A DNA stretch of 52,611 bases from Paraglomus brasilianum (Eukaryota). A model generated the notes under the pieces. That model was given only the letters and a program-made list of their open reading frames with translations. It had not been told where the DNA came from and searched no databases. Location: the NCBI GenBank assembly GCA_910592345.1, contig CAJVPI010000113.1, positions 1-52,611 of the forward strand, given 5' to 3'. Position 1 is the first letter of the stretch. Each line of letters begins with the position of its first letter. Below are positions 13,698 to 25,800 of the stretch, piece after piece. The position numbers were made by a program, and so were the translations under genes.

Positions 13698-13857
13698 GGG
13701 TCCGTATTATTTCATCGACAATCATTTCACCGACAGTACATTTCACCGACAATTAACTACCAAAAAAGGATAATTTCGAAATAATGTTGGTGAAGATTTG
13801 TCGGTGAAATGATTGTCGGTGAAATGATTGTCGGTGAAATGATTGTCGACGCCTCCC
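13698..13857. mobile_element. 160-bp Mutator-like (MULE) MITE with inverted arrays of a 15-bp subterminal repeat and a 9-bp TSD
   Basis: GGG...CCC termini are flanked by the perfect 9-bp direct repeat GTTATAAAC (13689-13697 and 13858-13866). The left side has (CATTTCACCGACA..)n and the right side (TTGTCGGTGAAATGA)x3. Confidence 0.85.
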
Positions 13858-14196
13858 GTTATAAACAATAACCTTTTTCGATTCACGTTTATTATTGATG
13901 TTTCTTTGATCATATCATGAGCGAGTTTTTTTTTCAAGGGTTTACCGCTGCCATATCAATAAAATAGCACGCAGATGGTGATATTGACCTCACAGAAATT
14001 AATATTAGCATATCGATCAATTCTTGCAATGATTTAAACAAGTATTACAACTCAATTTGATAGCAGCGTTCGATAACCATAATGTTTATTTTAATATGTT
14101 GCAATCTCATAATTTTTTCACTCTATGAAAGCCCAATTAACACGTTTAGCCCAATATAAACCACGCGTTCCGCCATTCCTTTCTATACTAGAATCA

Positions 14197-17100
14197 CTAT
14201 TTTACATTTATATAAGCATACCACGGATGATACTTGAACTCGATTGCCATGTCTTTCTTTGTTATTGTACTACTGTTTTGATCTTGAATGGATGATGCTT
14301 TTGCTTCACGTTTACTGGACGATATGCCAGGATGAAGCATTTTTTGTATGCTAATTGAATTACCTATGCATACTCGAAGCATATTTTGCATATCCTTAAT
14401 GGTAACCAGGAATCATGTGATTAACGTTATTTAAGTATACACCTTTTATGCTCGAAATGGATGACGAAACTAACCTCTTTAAACTCGGGTCCGCAGAGTT
14501 CCATATGTGTCTCTGTTGGTTTCAAGGAATTCAGTCTTTCGATGGCACTACGACACGTTTCAAAGTTATGTAATGCTGCCGACAGCAATTCGCGTGACTA
14601 ATATAAATTGTGCGATTATTGAATTAACATGCTCTAAACTGTTATCGTTATTATGTGCATATCATGATATCTTACAGATACGTCCGGGAACCGAGTAGTC
14701 TCCTTAAAGTCAGCATAAGTCAACGCAGTAGGGCTGCCCAGATTTCTTAACATTTTGGTTCTATTCCAGAAACGTATGTTCTCATTATCATATTCGAGAT
14801 TAGGCGAAACCCAATCGTTGGATTTGCGTAATGCTACGATCATCTGATAACAGAATGAGAACGTCGCATGTTATATACACTATCCGATTATATAATCGGG
14901 CATCTGAATTTCATTTTCGCCTCTTTACCCTGTAAACACCTCGACATATTTCCTGCTTTGCCGTAAGTAATAGCTGTTTGTTAATCAACTGTGATACAAT
15001 TGGAGGCGCTGGAGTCGGCCTCGATTGTCTTCGTCTGGATTTACGATTGTCTATGTAAAGAGTGAGAGCAATTAGCACGAGTAACTCAATGTAACGCAAC
15101 CTAATACGTCTGTATCAAGTATGGTTTACCTTTCTTATTTTTTGCAGCCTTTCCAGCAATGTATACGGCCATTCTCTCCAAATGACGATTATGAACACCC
15201 AATATATAATCAAGATACCTAGGCGGGTAACGAATTAGAACAATATAACGCAGAGGTAAATATAAACAATTTGTCAATTTCTTATATTTAGTCACAATAT
15301 TGCTATTGTGCTTATGCTTTTGCCTTCAACTGTGCTCACCAGTAGATCATCATGTACTCGTGCGGCCCATACAACTCTAACTCAAATCCAAGAAATAGAG
15401 TTTCTTCCAGCATCACTAATTTCTGATGGTAAACCCACGTCGATAAATAAAAGGAAAACGACGGTCCATCCTTAGTGTTCATTGGTTCCTCTTTTGTTAT
15501 TGTGTGCAATTCAGAATCGATGTGTTCCGCCTGATATAATACATGTACGATAAGTCATCAAGTGGAAGGCAGGAAATATACAACATCGGAAGAGGTGTTG
15601 ATGTGCTTGTTATAACAACTTTACCTCGTCTTGTAATATATCCCAATCTGATAGCAACTTACACAAATTCCTTCGTTGGCGCGACCGATTGTGACAGAGA
15701 ACCCGAAGGAAATTTAACCATGGCTTAAATAAACTGTTAATGACTCTCCGTATCAATCATTTACTCCCACAGCATTACATTGTATTCAATATTCCTCCGT
15801 CTTTCAATCACTCATAAACATGAATTACCTTCGAAGCATTCCCAACGAATACACGTAACAGGTGAGGTATGTTCGTGTTATCAGAATTGTTTCCCCCTGT
15901 ACTGCTGCCAAAGCCACCACGACTACCGCTACCAATACCAGATGTGATTAACTCCGTCTTTGAAGTAAAATAGGGGTAGGGCGGATTGTTTAATTCTAAT
16001 ACAGATTCTTTAACTAGTTGATGCATAGACATGAAACCGAGGACTCGGTCATCTGTGCAGAGCGTAGACTGATCGATTGAGAGGTCGGGATAAGTAAAGG
16101 GTGAGAAGAACATCCACGGATGTCTTTGTCATACTAAGCGAACCAAGAAAACATACTTGTAGCAGTGATCTTGAAAAAGCGCATGGAGCAGGTCGTCGTG
16201 CAGCAAAATATGCGAAATAATTCTATTTGTATAGTTTCAAAGAAATGAATAAACATGCTGTAAAGATATCACTTGTATCAGATAATATCATTTCTTACCT
16301 GTAAACTACTAGCCGACTTGTATTCAATAACTCCGCATATTGATATTACTTCCTTCAACAGGTTATCCAGATCATTCAAAGACTATACACAATGATAAAT
16401 TATCAAATTGAATTGATCTCCAACTATAACTCAAGATGCTTCAGGTCTGAACAAAAAGTCCAATTTACCTCTTCTATTGAAAGCAGTTTTATTGGACGCG
16501 GTGGTGTTTGAGATACGAGTTTCCGATTTATCATTGGGTCGAACACTATAAGATGAATTGCAGAATCGATAGCATTAAACACTCGAATTCATACAGCATT
16601 AAGCGAATTCTTCTCTGTCCCATGTATTACCACTCTCTACATCGATTCCAATCTCAATAGTCTCTCTAATCCCAGTCCCGTCATTGGAACCATTCAAACA
16701 CACGAGGGCTCTTTGCAGATGTTTTGCTGCCGAAGCATATTGTGAGCATCGTGGCTGGGAGATGTTATTCAGTGCAATCAAAAAAGACTAACGTGGAGAA
16801 ATGTGCATGGAAAGAGTTATGACTTATGATTGAGAGATACGTGAAGACATGAATAAATAACAAAAGCCTGATAGTACATGAAATATGGGAAAAGAAATAT
16901 GTATAGAAACACACCTTGCGCAGAGATAGACGTAAATTAAGGGCCTGAACTATCACGTCTGCTGAAGATTGATCTGCATCGCACGATTGTTCTGGTTAAT
17001 AAACGAACTTGAAAATTGTCTCTAAGAATTATTAAACTATCCTACCATAATCCTGTAACCAGGTTTTTCCGACATCATCTAACCATTGTTTGGCCATGTC

Positions 17101-18604
17101 AATTAAATTAATGACTTCTGATACTGACTTATCTTCACACAATGGCTTGCCGTATCTATTCGTTGCAAAGTCCTCTTCCTTTAAATAATAGTAATTACAT
17201 ATCAATAACGAACAAATTTGCATTAGAACTTCCCGCCGTTCTTCTCTTACCTCGTACACATGTCCCTTATACATCTCTTCCCAAACTAAATGACAACATT
17301 TCACCGTCCCCAATATGTACGCTTTTAATACAATAGCAACTAATTCAGCTGGTATGCTGTCCTCATTTTTATCAGATGAAGCAAACGCGTCAAGTGTTAT
17401 ATTGTCAAGAAGATCGAGGTATAGACAGGTATAAAGTGTTTGTGATAATGAATGACCGGAATGCCAAGTCATCTGGTAAGACAAAAGGAAGTGGTGCACG
17501 AGTGGTAGGTTATCCCTTATCAGAAACAATACAGAGTACTATTCATTCCATACCTCGCAAATAAATATTCTATCCATAACTCCAAGAACTGCTTTTGGAG
17601 TCAAAAGTACAAAAGGATCAAACGCTTTCTTATTAATATCACTTTCAAATACCATTCCGCTGTCCATCTTTGGATCCATTATCTTTTTATGTGTTTGTCA
17701 TTGCATTATAAATTGGGACGGGAAAAAAAACAGACATTGGGTGTGTGAATTTTTACAATAGAAGTCGAAACAATTCATCTCCACGCCCACCACACATAAA
17801 AATTTGTAAAGATCACACACGCCCTACATCAGCCTTCGTTCTTACCTCGATAGAACTCATTGCATCGTATAAGCCAAAGGACTCAAGATGAACTAATTGA
17901 CCAAGCTCGAATTCTACACTTTAACACAAGAAATAGAAAGAGAATAAGATGCGACACACATAAGAGATGATAAGCGGTGAATTCGTATGAACTTGCGCAT
18001 TTATACATAGATATAGCATTCACGATTAGGTGAATGCGAGAATATGTTATGACGCGCTGTCTTCTTCTCCCATCCTATCACACGTTCTCTACAACCCCTC
18101 CCTTCCGACAATAATCTTCACAAACCATACCCTCAGTAACTTCATCGAGAAACTTGGTAATATCTTTAAATGGCGGACCAATGTACTGGATACCGTCTTC
18201 CCTCATTCTCTCGTCGAACGTCGCTCTTATCACATCTTTTTTCTCTTCTGGCTTTGATCCTTTGATGCCGGAATCATCAACAAAATCTACGACTGAGCGT
18301 ACAAGAGAAGAAAGGCTGGAAGACGTGGTTGGTGGTTGTGGCAGCGGGGACGATGACGCAGTCGTCGTTGTGGATAAGCTTAGGATGGATAGAGAGGCTA
18401 TATGAGTAGGATATGAATTAAAAATGGGGGCGTTCTAGTAGCGATTCTTTGTAAATGAACAGTTACTGTTCCTTTGCATACTTTTAACCTCATTTAATTC
18501 CCGGTCGCACCTATATTTACGCAACAAACAACAATTGTAATTTTAGTATTAAATTCGTCGTTTTCCTTCACTTTTCATAAACTTGGCTCACTTGTTGTCG
18601 TCAT
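14197..18604 (-). CDS. NAA35: N-alpha-acetyltransferase 35, NatC auxiliary subunit (Mak10), multi-exon
   Basis: Exons translate to DITKFLDEVTE / FELGQLVHLESFGLYDAMSSIE / IMDPKMDSGM / TWHSGHSLSQTLYTCLY...EEDF / FDPMINRKLVSQTPPRPI and a C-terminal EFKYHPWYAYINVK*, all typical of Mak10. The start exon (ATG at 18604, MTTT) is tentative. Confidence 0.9.
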
Positions 18605-18770
18605 CGAACGTCATATTCTTGTAAATGCTCTGTTTCGCTACTTACGATTCAACGATTTGAACTTTCTATGCGCCTCGTTCCTTTTTAGATAATGTCATGT
18701 GATTTATGGGTTAATCAAATAATAATAAACAAAAAAAAAAAAACGGAATCTATTTCTAGAACGAGTCGAT

Positions 18771-19259
18771 ATGGAATCTTCAGACAAGTAAGCTTGTGAG
18801 GCAACATATGCGTGCGGTACTGTTATCAACCTACGACATAATAATTACTATTTGTGTTGTGATTTGAGGGATAGTAAATTTACAAGACACGAAACGCAGA
18901 TATTGTATGAATTACGCGGAATACTACATGCTATTGAGTCAATGTATGAATTATTTATAATGCGTCAATATTGTTATTATGTCCGATCTTAGGAAGAATG
19001 CGTTGAGTGGATAGTATATGCAAAGGGTATCAAGTAACAAAGAGACGGATATCGTTTACAAAAATGGCTTATATTTTTTAAAATGTTTCCTTCATCTACC
19101 AGTAATCTAAATCTTGCGAAAGCAGTACATACAACATCGCCAGGAGGACCACTTCACGATACACAGAAATATGCGAGAATGGGACTAGCGGGGTTCTCTG
19201 ATTTGATTAAACAAGTTAGCAGAAGTGGATTTGCAGATGATGAAGGCACTGTACAGTGA
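18771..19259 (+). CDS. Candidate small 4-exon gene of unknown function (~74-87 aa)
   Basis: Exon 1 ATGGAATCTTCAGACAA|gtaagc; exon 2 from 18875; exon 3 18993-19013; exon 4 19103-19259. Introns are GT-AG and give an open frame MESSDNKFTRHETQIL...KNALSGYNLNLAKAVHTTSPGGPLHDTQKYARMGLAGFSDLIKQVSRSGFADDEGTVQ*. No family was recognised. Confidence 0.35.
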
Positions 19260-19522
19260 GAGTATTTCAGTGGTTGTCGGCAATCATATCGAAGACTGGA
19301 TCGTGGATGGTAATGCCGTTCATAAAGTATCAGATGACGGTTGCAGAGCACGATTCACCGCGTCAATTCATCACGTATCTGAAGATCCATTCATAACATT
19401 AAATTAGTACAAGCTCATGTTTTAATTCTATATTTTCTTTGAAGTGATTTGATCTGATGGCAGTCGAATAACTTCCACATGCGATAGTCTATTTGAAGAA
19501 TAAGACCTGCTTTATTGATAGT

Positions 19523-20010
19523 CTATGCTCCACCACTACAATAAATGATAAGGAGATGAGTTTTTCAGCGAGATGAGAGACAATAAGCATACTAATCATA
19601 AGCAACAATAATTAGAATATTATACATACACTAAAATGTTATTGATAGGAATATGAATCAGTTTGACAAAGAATCCGATAAATCCCATCACAAGAAATCC
19701 CATCGCAACTGCTTGCGATATCTTAATAAACTCTGGAATGACGAGTGAATAGAGAGAAGGATGTGTGTTAGAATCATAAGGTAAAGGCGAGCGTGCGCAA
19801 TAAATGGTTGTTCTCGTTCACTCGTAACCACCACCCACTGCGCATACAGTCGCGAGTTACTTTGTTATTGTCTACGCTATCGTCATCACGATCACCGGTT
19901 TTTCGTTTCATACCTCTTCGATCAGGCTTAGTACACCGATTTATGAATTGTGTACCCTCTTTTACAAACTGTCTAGGCATTTCAATTAGTTCCTTCACTT
20001 GTTCGCTCAT
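19523..20010 (-). CDS. SEC61G: Protein translocase Sec61 gamma subunit (3 exons)
   Basis: Spliced translation [70 protein letters not shown]. Confidence 0.96.
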
Positions 20011-20443
20011 CTTGGCGTTCAATGGTGAGTTCTATTATTATACTTGAGGGTGCGATTAGAGTCGGTGGGAACCAAAGGAATAGATGAGACTTAATAATGA
20101 ACTGGAATAGGGAATGGTAAATGAGATACTTAATATACTTTGAAAACCCAATGAAAACTTGCCAAGTTTGAGTGCATGCAATTTATTACACGTAATCTCA
20201 ACATTACCATATAGGGCAATTAACCTTTTATATTCTTGAGAAACAAGAGAACTATAAAGTACTAAGAAACATAGTGCGGCCAAAATATACTGTAGTAGTA
20301 ACATAATAGGGGTAATTTCAAAAGAGAGATTAAGATGACGTATTAGTATTCTTTATTATTTTATTATACAAATATAAATAGATCTGTAATCACATGATAA
20401 AATCGATAATCTTCTTCGTTTTTGCCATCAACGCTACATAAAA

Positions 20444-21693
20444 ATGAATCCTAAGGTGTTTATGGATATCAAGATTGGCTCACAATCAGGTAATCATTAT
20501 CAAGCAAGGTAGACAGTACACAGGATGCCACGTATGCTATCACGTTTACGTATCTTTTTCAGCCGGCAGGATGGTTTTTAGCCTCTTCTACGACACTGTT
20601 CCCAAGACAGCCCAGAATTTTCGTGCTCTCTGTACTGGTGAGAAGGGCTTTGCTACTACCGTGAAATCGAAGCCATTATGGTATAAAGGGAGCAAATTGT
20701 GAGTATGGGGTTAGGCAATATATGAGGATGGACCGTCAGTAGATTACCTTTAATTTATCATTGATCATATGATTGTAGTCATCGCGTTATCCCCGAGTTC
20801 ATGGCCCAAGGTGTGTCAAATTATGAGCGTTAACAAGATTTATAAGAGCCCGATAGTTTGCAAAGTCATAAAGTGAAAGTGATGAGCCTGATTGAGTGAT
20901 CTCTTAACTGTCTAGTAACATTCCCTTTTAATATACTTCAGGTGGAGGTAAGCTTATGTGTTCATTGAACATACCACCATCAGTAGAGATCTTATCTCTC
21001 TTGTCATCCCCACGCTATCTAAGTTTCAGCTACCACGAATAATTAATTACTCATGATCTACAATAAATGCTGGTCAGATTTTACACGTGGTAATGGTACA
21101 GGTGGTGAATCTATATATGGACAGAAGTTTCTTGAGTAAGTGAAGGACACAGTTGGATGTTAGCAACCTGGTTATGTTGTGAACTGTATATAGTATTGAT
21201 GGGATGTTCTTATTCAAAATCAGTGAGAACTTTAAGTTGAAACATGATGATCAGGTAAATTCTTTGAATATGATAAAGTCTCAATGTGATAACTTACTCA
21301 AAAACGCTGGCGTTATATGCATTATCTTTGCTCTAGGGTCTGTTGAGTATGGCTAATTCTGGTCCAGTGAGTAATCCATATTAATATCATCTGCCAGAAT
21401 TTATCACATTCATTATTAATGAATAAATTCCTACACTCAGAACACAAATGGGTCTCAGTTTTTCATTACATTTATTCGAACTCCATGGTATGCATAATAT
21501 ACTTTGCTTAACCATTTTTCTGAAAAAAGTCTCAATATATTTTATTATTCCCAGGTTGGATGGTAAACATGTTGTGTTTGGAAGATTGGTAGATGGATGG
21601 GAGGTATTAGACAAAATTAAAGTATTAGGAACAACAAATGGGACACCAAAAGAAGAGATTGAAATAGAAGACTGTGGAGAATGCAAAGAATAA
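20444..21693 (+). CDS. Cyclophilin-type peptidyl-prolyl cis-trans isomerase (9 exons including a 6-nt microexon)
   Basis: Spliced translation [21 protein letters not shown]...[17 protein letters not shown]...[81 protein letters not shown]...DCGECKE*. Confidence 0.95.
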
Positions 21694-22075
21694 TGATGAG
21701 AAGATATAATGGAGTTAAAAGCAGAGAGTGCAGATCTAGTGATGGAAGTTAACTGCAAAAGAGAGCACATATAATGATGGTTAAATGCACCCACAATAAA
21801 TGTTACACTTGGGTTTATATACCAATTGTATTAGATTATTATGAATCCTTTTGTATGTGAGATATCCATCTTTTCTAATCAATTGTTTATGTTGACAGAG
21901 ATAGTACTTCTTATTTAGTGCTGTTGTCCTCTTTAATTTTTCTGAATAATAATATTATTATACTTTTTATTGAGGTTATAATGTTATAGATTGTATAGAT
22001 CATATTGTTGAAGTAGTGAAAAAAAATCCAGCTCTGCTGGATTGAACAAAGCCCAACGCTATAAAAATGGCAATA

Positions 22076-22266
22076 CAGTCAAACCTCTCTAAATGCACGT
22101 TGTCGGGACCATAGTGAAAAAAATCCAAAAGTGTGCATTTAGAGAGAGTGTGCATTTACAGAGAGCAAAATATATAATGTTCTTATAAGCTGGGACTGAA
22201 CATACCGTGCATTTATATAGTGTGTGCATTTATATTTAGGAGGGTGCACTTAGGGAGAGTTCACTG
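22076..22266. mobile_element. 191-bp TA-flanked MITE with imperfect TIRs
   Basis: TA|CAGTCAAACCTCTCTAAATGCAC ... GTGCACTTAGGGAGAGTTCACTG|TA, with internal GTGCATTTA repeats. Confidence 0.7.
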
Positions 22267-22396
22267 TACTTTGTATTAGATCTTGATTATGTTTTTTAAC
22301 ATTTTCTTTAAAAAATTAAATGGTTTGCAAATTTTCTTTTTAAAGCAACTAATCTTGGCATCAGCCGGTATGTATCTTAGAAGGTGTTGTTTTAAG

Positions 22397-23670
22397 TGAC
22401 ATCTCGGACAGACACGTTTGAAAAGTATTAGTATACGAAAATGTGTTATGTCTTATTAAGCAAGTACTCACACCACAATAACATTTCGGACAAACACGTT
22501 GAAAATTATACGGAAAAGTGTCTTTCTAATTAAACAAGCACTCGTATTATTAAGATTTTTGTGACATTTCGGATTTGAAAATTATATGGGGAGTGTTGCT
22601 CTAATTACACAGTGAAAGTCGATATAACGGTTCGTTGATATAACGGATTTCGCTTAGTACGGATTTTTTTGGAACCAAAGTTTTACTAATTAAATATAGC
22701 GGATTTTACTATTAAATCGTTGTAGTGCGGTTCCGGATTATTTTTTTTCGATGAACGGAGTTTAGTGATATATAACGGAATTATAACGGAGTCCGTACTA
22801 ATCCGTTATAATTTGTAGTAGATCCGTACTAAAGTGGCCGAATCTGTTATAATAATAATCCATAGTAATATTAATAGAACAAATTTATCCGTCAGTGAAA
22901 TAAAGATCATGTTATCAAATATTTTTCACTCTTGTATATTAATAACATTTAACAATATTAGGGGGGGAAGAACAAGGGTTTTGTTAACAGCTTTACAAAA
23001 GAAAGAAATAGTCCTAAAAAACATAATGAAAAAAACAAACAAACGAGTCTTGATCGAATTTCTTGTTTTTGATTATTGACGAATATACTTTTACATTGAC
23101 AAGCTTATTAAATAAATACAAACTGCTATATCGAACATTTTCTGAGTTTGCCATATCGGTTTTTCGGTAAAACGGATTGTCACGATATAATAATAACGGA
23201 TTTTGTGTCTCTCCCGTCGAATTCGTTATATCGACTTTCACTGTGTAAATAGGTACTCGTATCAATTAGATAACATGTTTGTAACATCTCAGACAAACAC
23301 GTTTAAAATTTATACGGAAAGTGTCATTATAATTAAACAAGTACTTATATCCTCCGTATGTTTGGATAGTTATGTTTGAAATCATTGGGGAAGGTGTCAT
23401 TTTTATTAAATAAGCACTCATCCTAGCCAATTTTTAACATTTCAGACAGTTGTATTAAAAATTATACTGATAAGTATTCGTATCGTTCGTATATTCAGAC
23501 GTACGGTGTTATTTGATATTTAATAACTATTCATGCCATCCATTTCTATAGCATTTCATACGGAGCATTTAAAAATCGTACGGAAAGGTGTTGTCCTAAA
23601 AAACAAATGGTTATATCATCTGCACACATGTAACATTTCAGACCAATATATTAAAAAACGTGTCACGGAC
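22397..23670. repeat. Degenerate ~80-85 bp tandem array (about 8-9 units), interrupted by a TIR element
   Basis: The core ACAT(C/T)TC(G/A)GACAAACACGTTTGAAAATTATACGGAAAAGTGTC..TAATTAAACAAG(C/T)ACTC recurs at ~22399, 22481, 22564, 23284, 23355, 23437, 23551 and 23633. Confidence 0.75.
22608..23245. mobile_element. 638-bp non-autonomous TA-targeting TIR element
   Basis: Perfect 22-bp TIR: TA|CACAGTGAAAGTCGATATAACG ... CGTTATATCGACTTTCACTGTG|TA. It is inserted in the middle of one unit of the tandem array. Confidence 0.9.
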
Positions 23671-25800
23671 GAATAACAGATTATTTATAAATTCGTAAAA
23701 CTTTATCAGATACACTGAAAAACAATTGTTTTACTTGGAAGCAATCATTATTTCCATTAGATACTAGGCAATAATCTGAAGCAATCAGTCAATTGTTTCA
23801 TAACGAGATATGACTATTTTATCTGAACCTATGAAAAATATGCTGGACTCGACAAATTTGGCGCAGAAAACATCACATGTTTGTGTAATGTAAGTAAAAC
23901 ACACACAGATACATGGACTGGCGTTCTTATAGTCCGATAGCTTTGTGTTTCTCGCTAGCTCAAGCACAGAACGGACATCCTCATTCCAATAATGCTGACG
24001 TTTTGACAGTACGATTTGAAAAAGTTTTGTCTATGATTTTATTTATTCAAGACATGTAATAAAGACTGTATACATGAACCCAATGGACGTGACTTTTTCA
24101 ATGCAACAAAGACAATCCCAATGCAACCTTAAAGACGCAGAAGAAGCATTCGAAAAATATATCAAAACACATGGTAAGCAACACACGTTTATTGGGAGGA
24201 TAAAAAAGAAGTCTTCCAAGAGTTAACTATGCGTGAATTATGTTTTAGGGAATTATTTATTGGTCAAGAATTCATTCTCATGTATTCTGTGGCGCATGTG
24301 TATTACCTTAGATCACTTGATCGTAAAAGTGATAGAGTACTAAAATGATAAATTCGGGTGGTATATATAAACGACCTTTCCCCCAGGCGGAAAAAGTAAG
24401 TTGGTTACTTGAAAGCAAAACTACTTCCCTGGTATGGTTTCATCTCTTGTAAAAAATATTAACATCCGTCAGTTGTTATTGAAAGTGTTGTATTATTGTT
24501 ATTATTTTTATTTTTTATTTTTTTTTATCTCGATACCGATACTTTGATATAGGCCGGGTTGCGGATGCTCATTAATTGATGTTCCGTTGTAATTTGCAAG
24601 CGGGTATGTTATTTATATTTTCCCGTTCTCCCTCTCTCATCCCACGCTGCCTGCCATAAAGAATGTCTCATACCTTCAACAGTATGGGCTAATATATACC
24701 CAGTAGCAAAGAATTGTAGGCCAGAACAATGGTATGCTTGTTGGGGATTTAAAAAAAGGAATTGAATAAGATAAAAGTTCGATAAAAGTAACTTTAGGAT
24801 AACAGATGATTTTTTTCAAATGTCGCACATCAATGCCAAACCCCATTCTTCACATTTAACAGCCCTTGATGGGAAAAATATAAATGACATTAAGCACAAT
24901 TATGTGTTCGGTGCAGGAGAACATTGAATCGGAAGGCAATGGGAACCATTGATAAAACCGTTGTTGCCTCAAGGTGAGCGTTATACTTGTATTGTTAATC
25001 TACTGTTAGAATTGTAATTATCTATAATACTGCAGAATGTCGTAAAATTACTCTTGTTGTTATTAAGAAGTAGACAAAAGCTGCGAGTATATACTGTTAC
25101 ATTTCGCGAACCGGGTGATGTTACTGAACCTGGCTCGCAATACTACGCTTATTATAATAGTTGCTTCACCTACACCCTGCCAAAAGTATTCATCACTCCT
25201 TGCAATTTACTGTAAATTTTGAAAATCCTATTGTCCATGCTATGTAAAATTACAATGATTTTTATACAGTGCGGTATTTATGTTGCATGATTTTCATACA
25301 TTTTCATATCATCCCTCAAAAGCAACAGTAGAAAATATTCTGTATATTCATTATATATCAATATGTACAAAGAAGATACCCACAACTGTTGTGCCTTTGT
25401 CAAAACACTCCGCCAAATTTAGCCTTAAACGGGTTACAATGCATGCAGTTCAGAAGAGCATGAGAAAGTATGATTGTGCTACAACGGTTAGAGTAATAAA
25501 TAAGCTTTATTATTATATTTATGTAATATCTTATGAGCAGCGGTATAGAGTAATAAATTTTTTTGCACGAGCTGGACCATTGGCAGGCCACTAATTATAG
25601 TGGTCTTGCACTGCAGGGTTAACAAAAATACCTCGAACCAAAATATTTGTATTGCATACATATACGCGTTTGAAGAGTTTCTTTTCGTACATGTGATATT
25701 TTTATACATTGAACATACCGGTATTGAATACTCAACGAATAAATGCAATAATAATAGTCATCATTGATTATAAATAAAGATAAGAGAAAAGATTTACGTT

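Noticed and set aside
22397..23670. CRISPR array
   Set aside because: The repeats are ~60 nt and highly degenerate, the linkers are short and irregular, there are no cas genes, and the context is eukaryotic.
24060..25100. Exon-like blocks with GT donors on the plus strand
   Set aside because: They contain in-frame stops and no recognisable family. Possibly a pseudogene, but not supportable.
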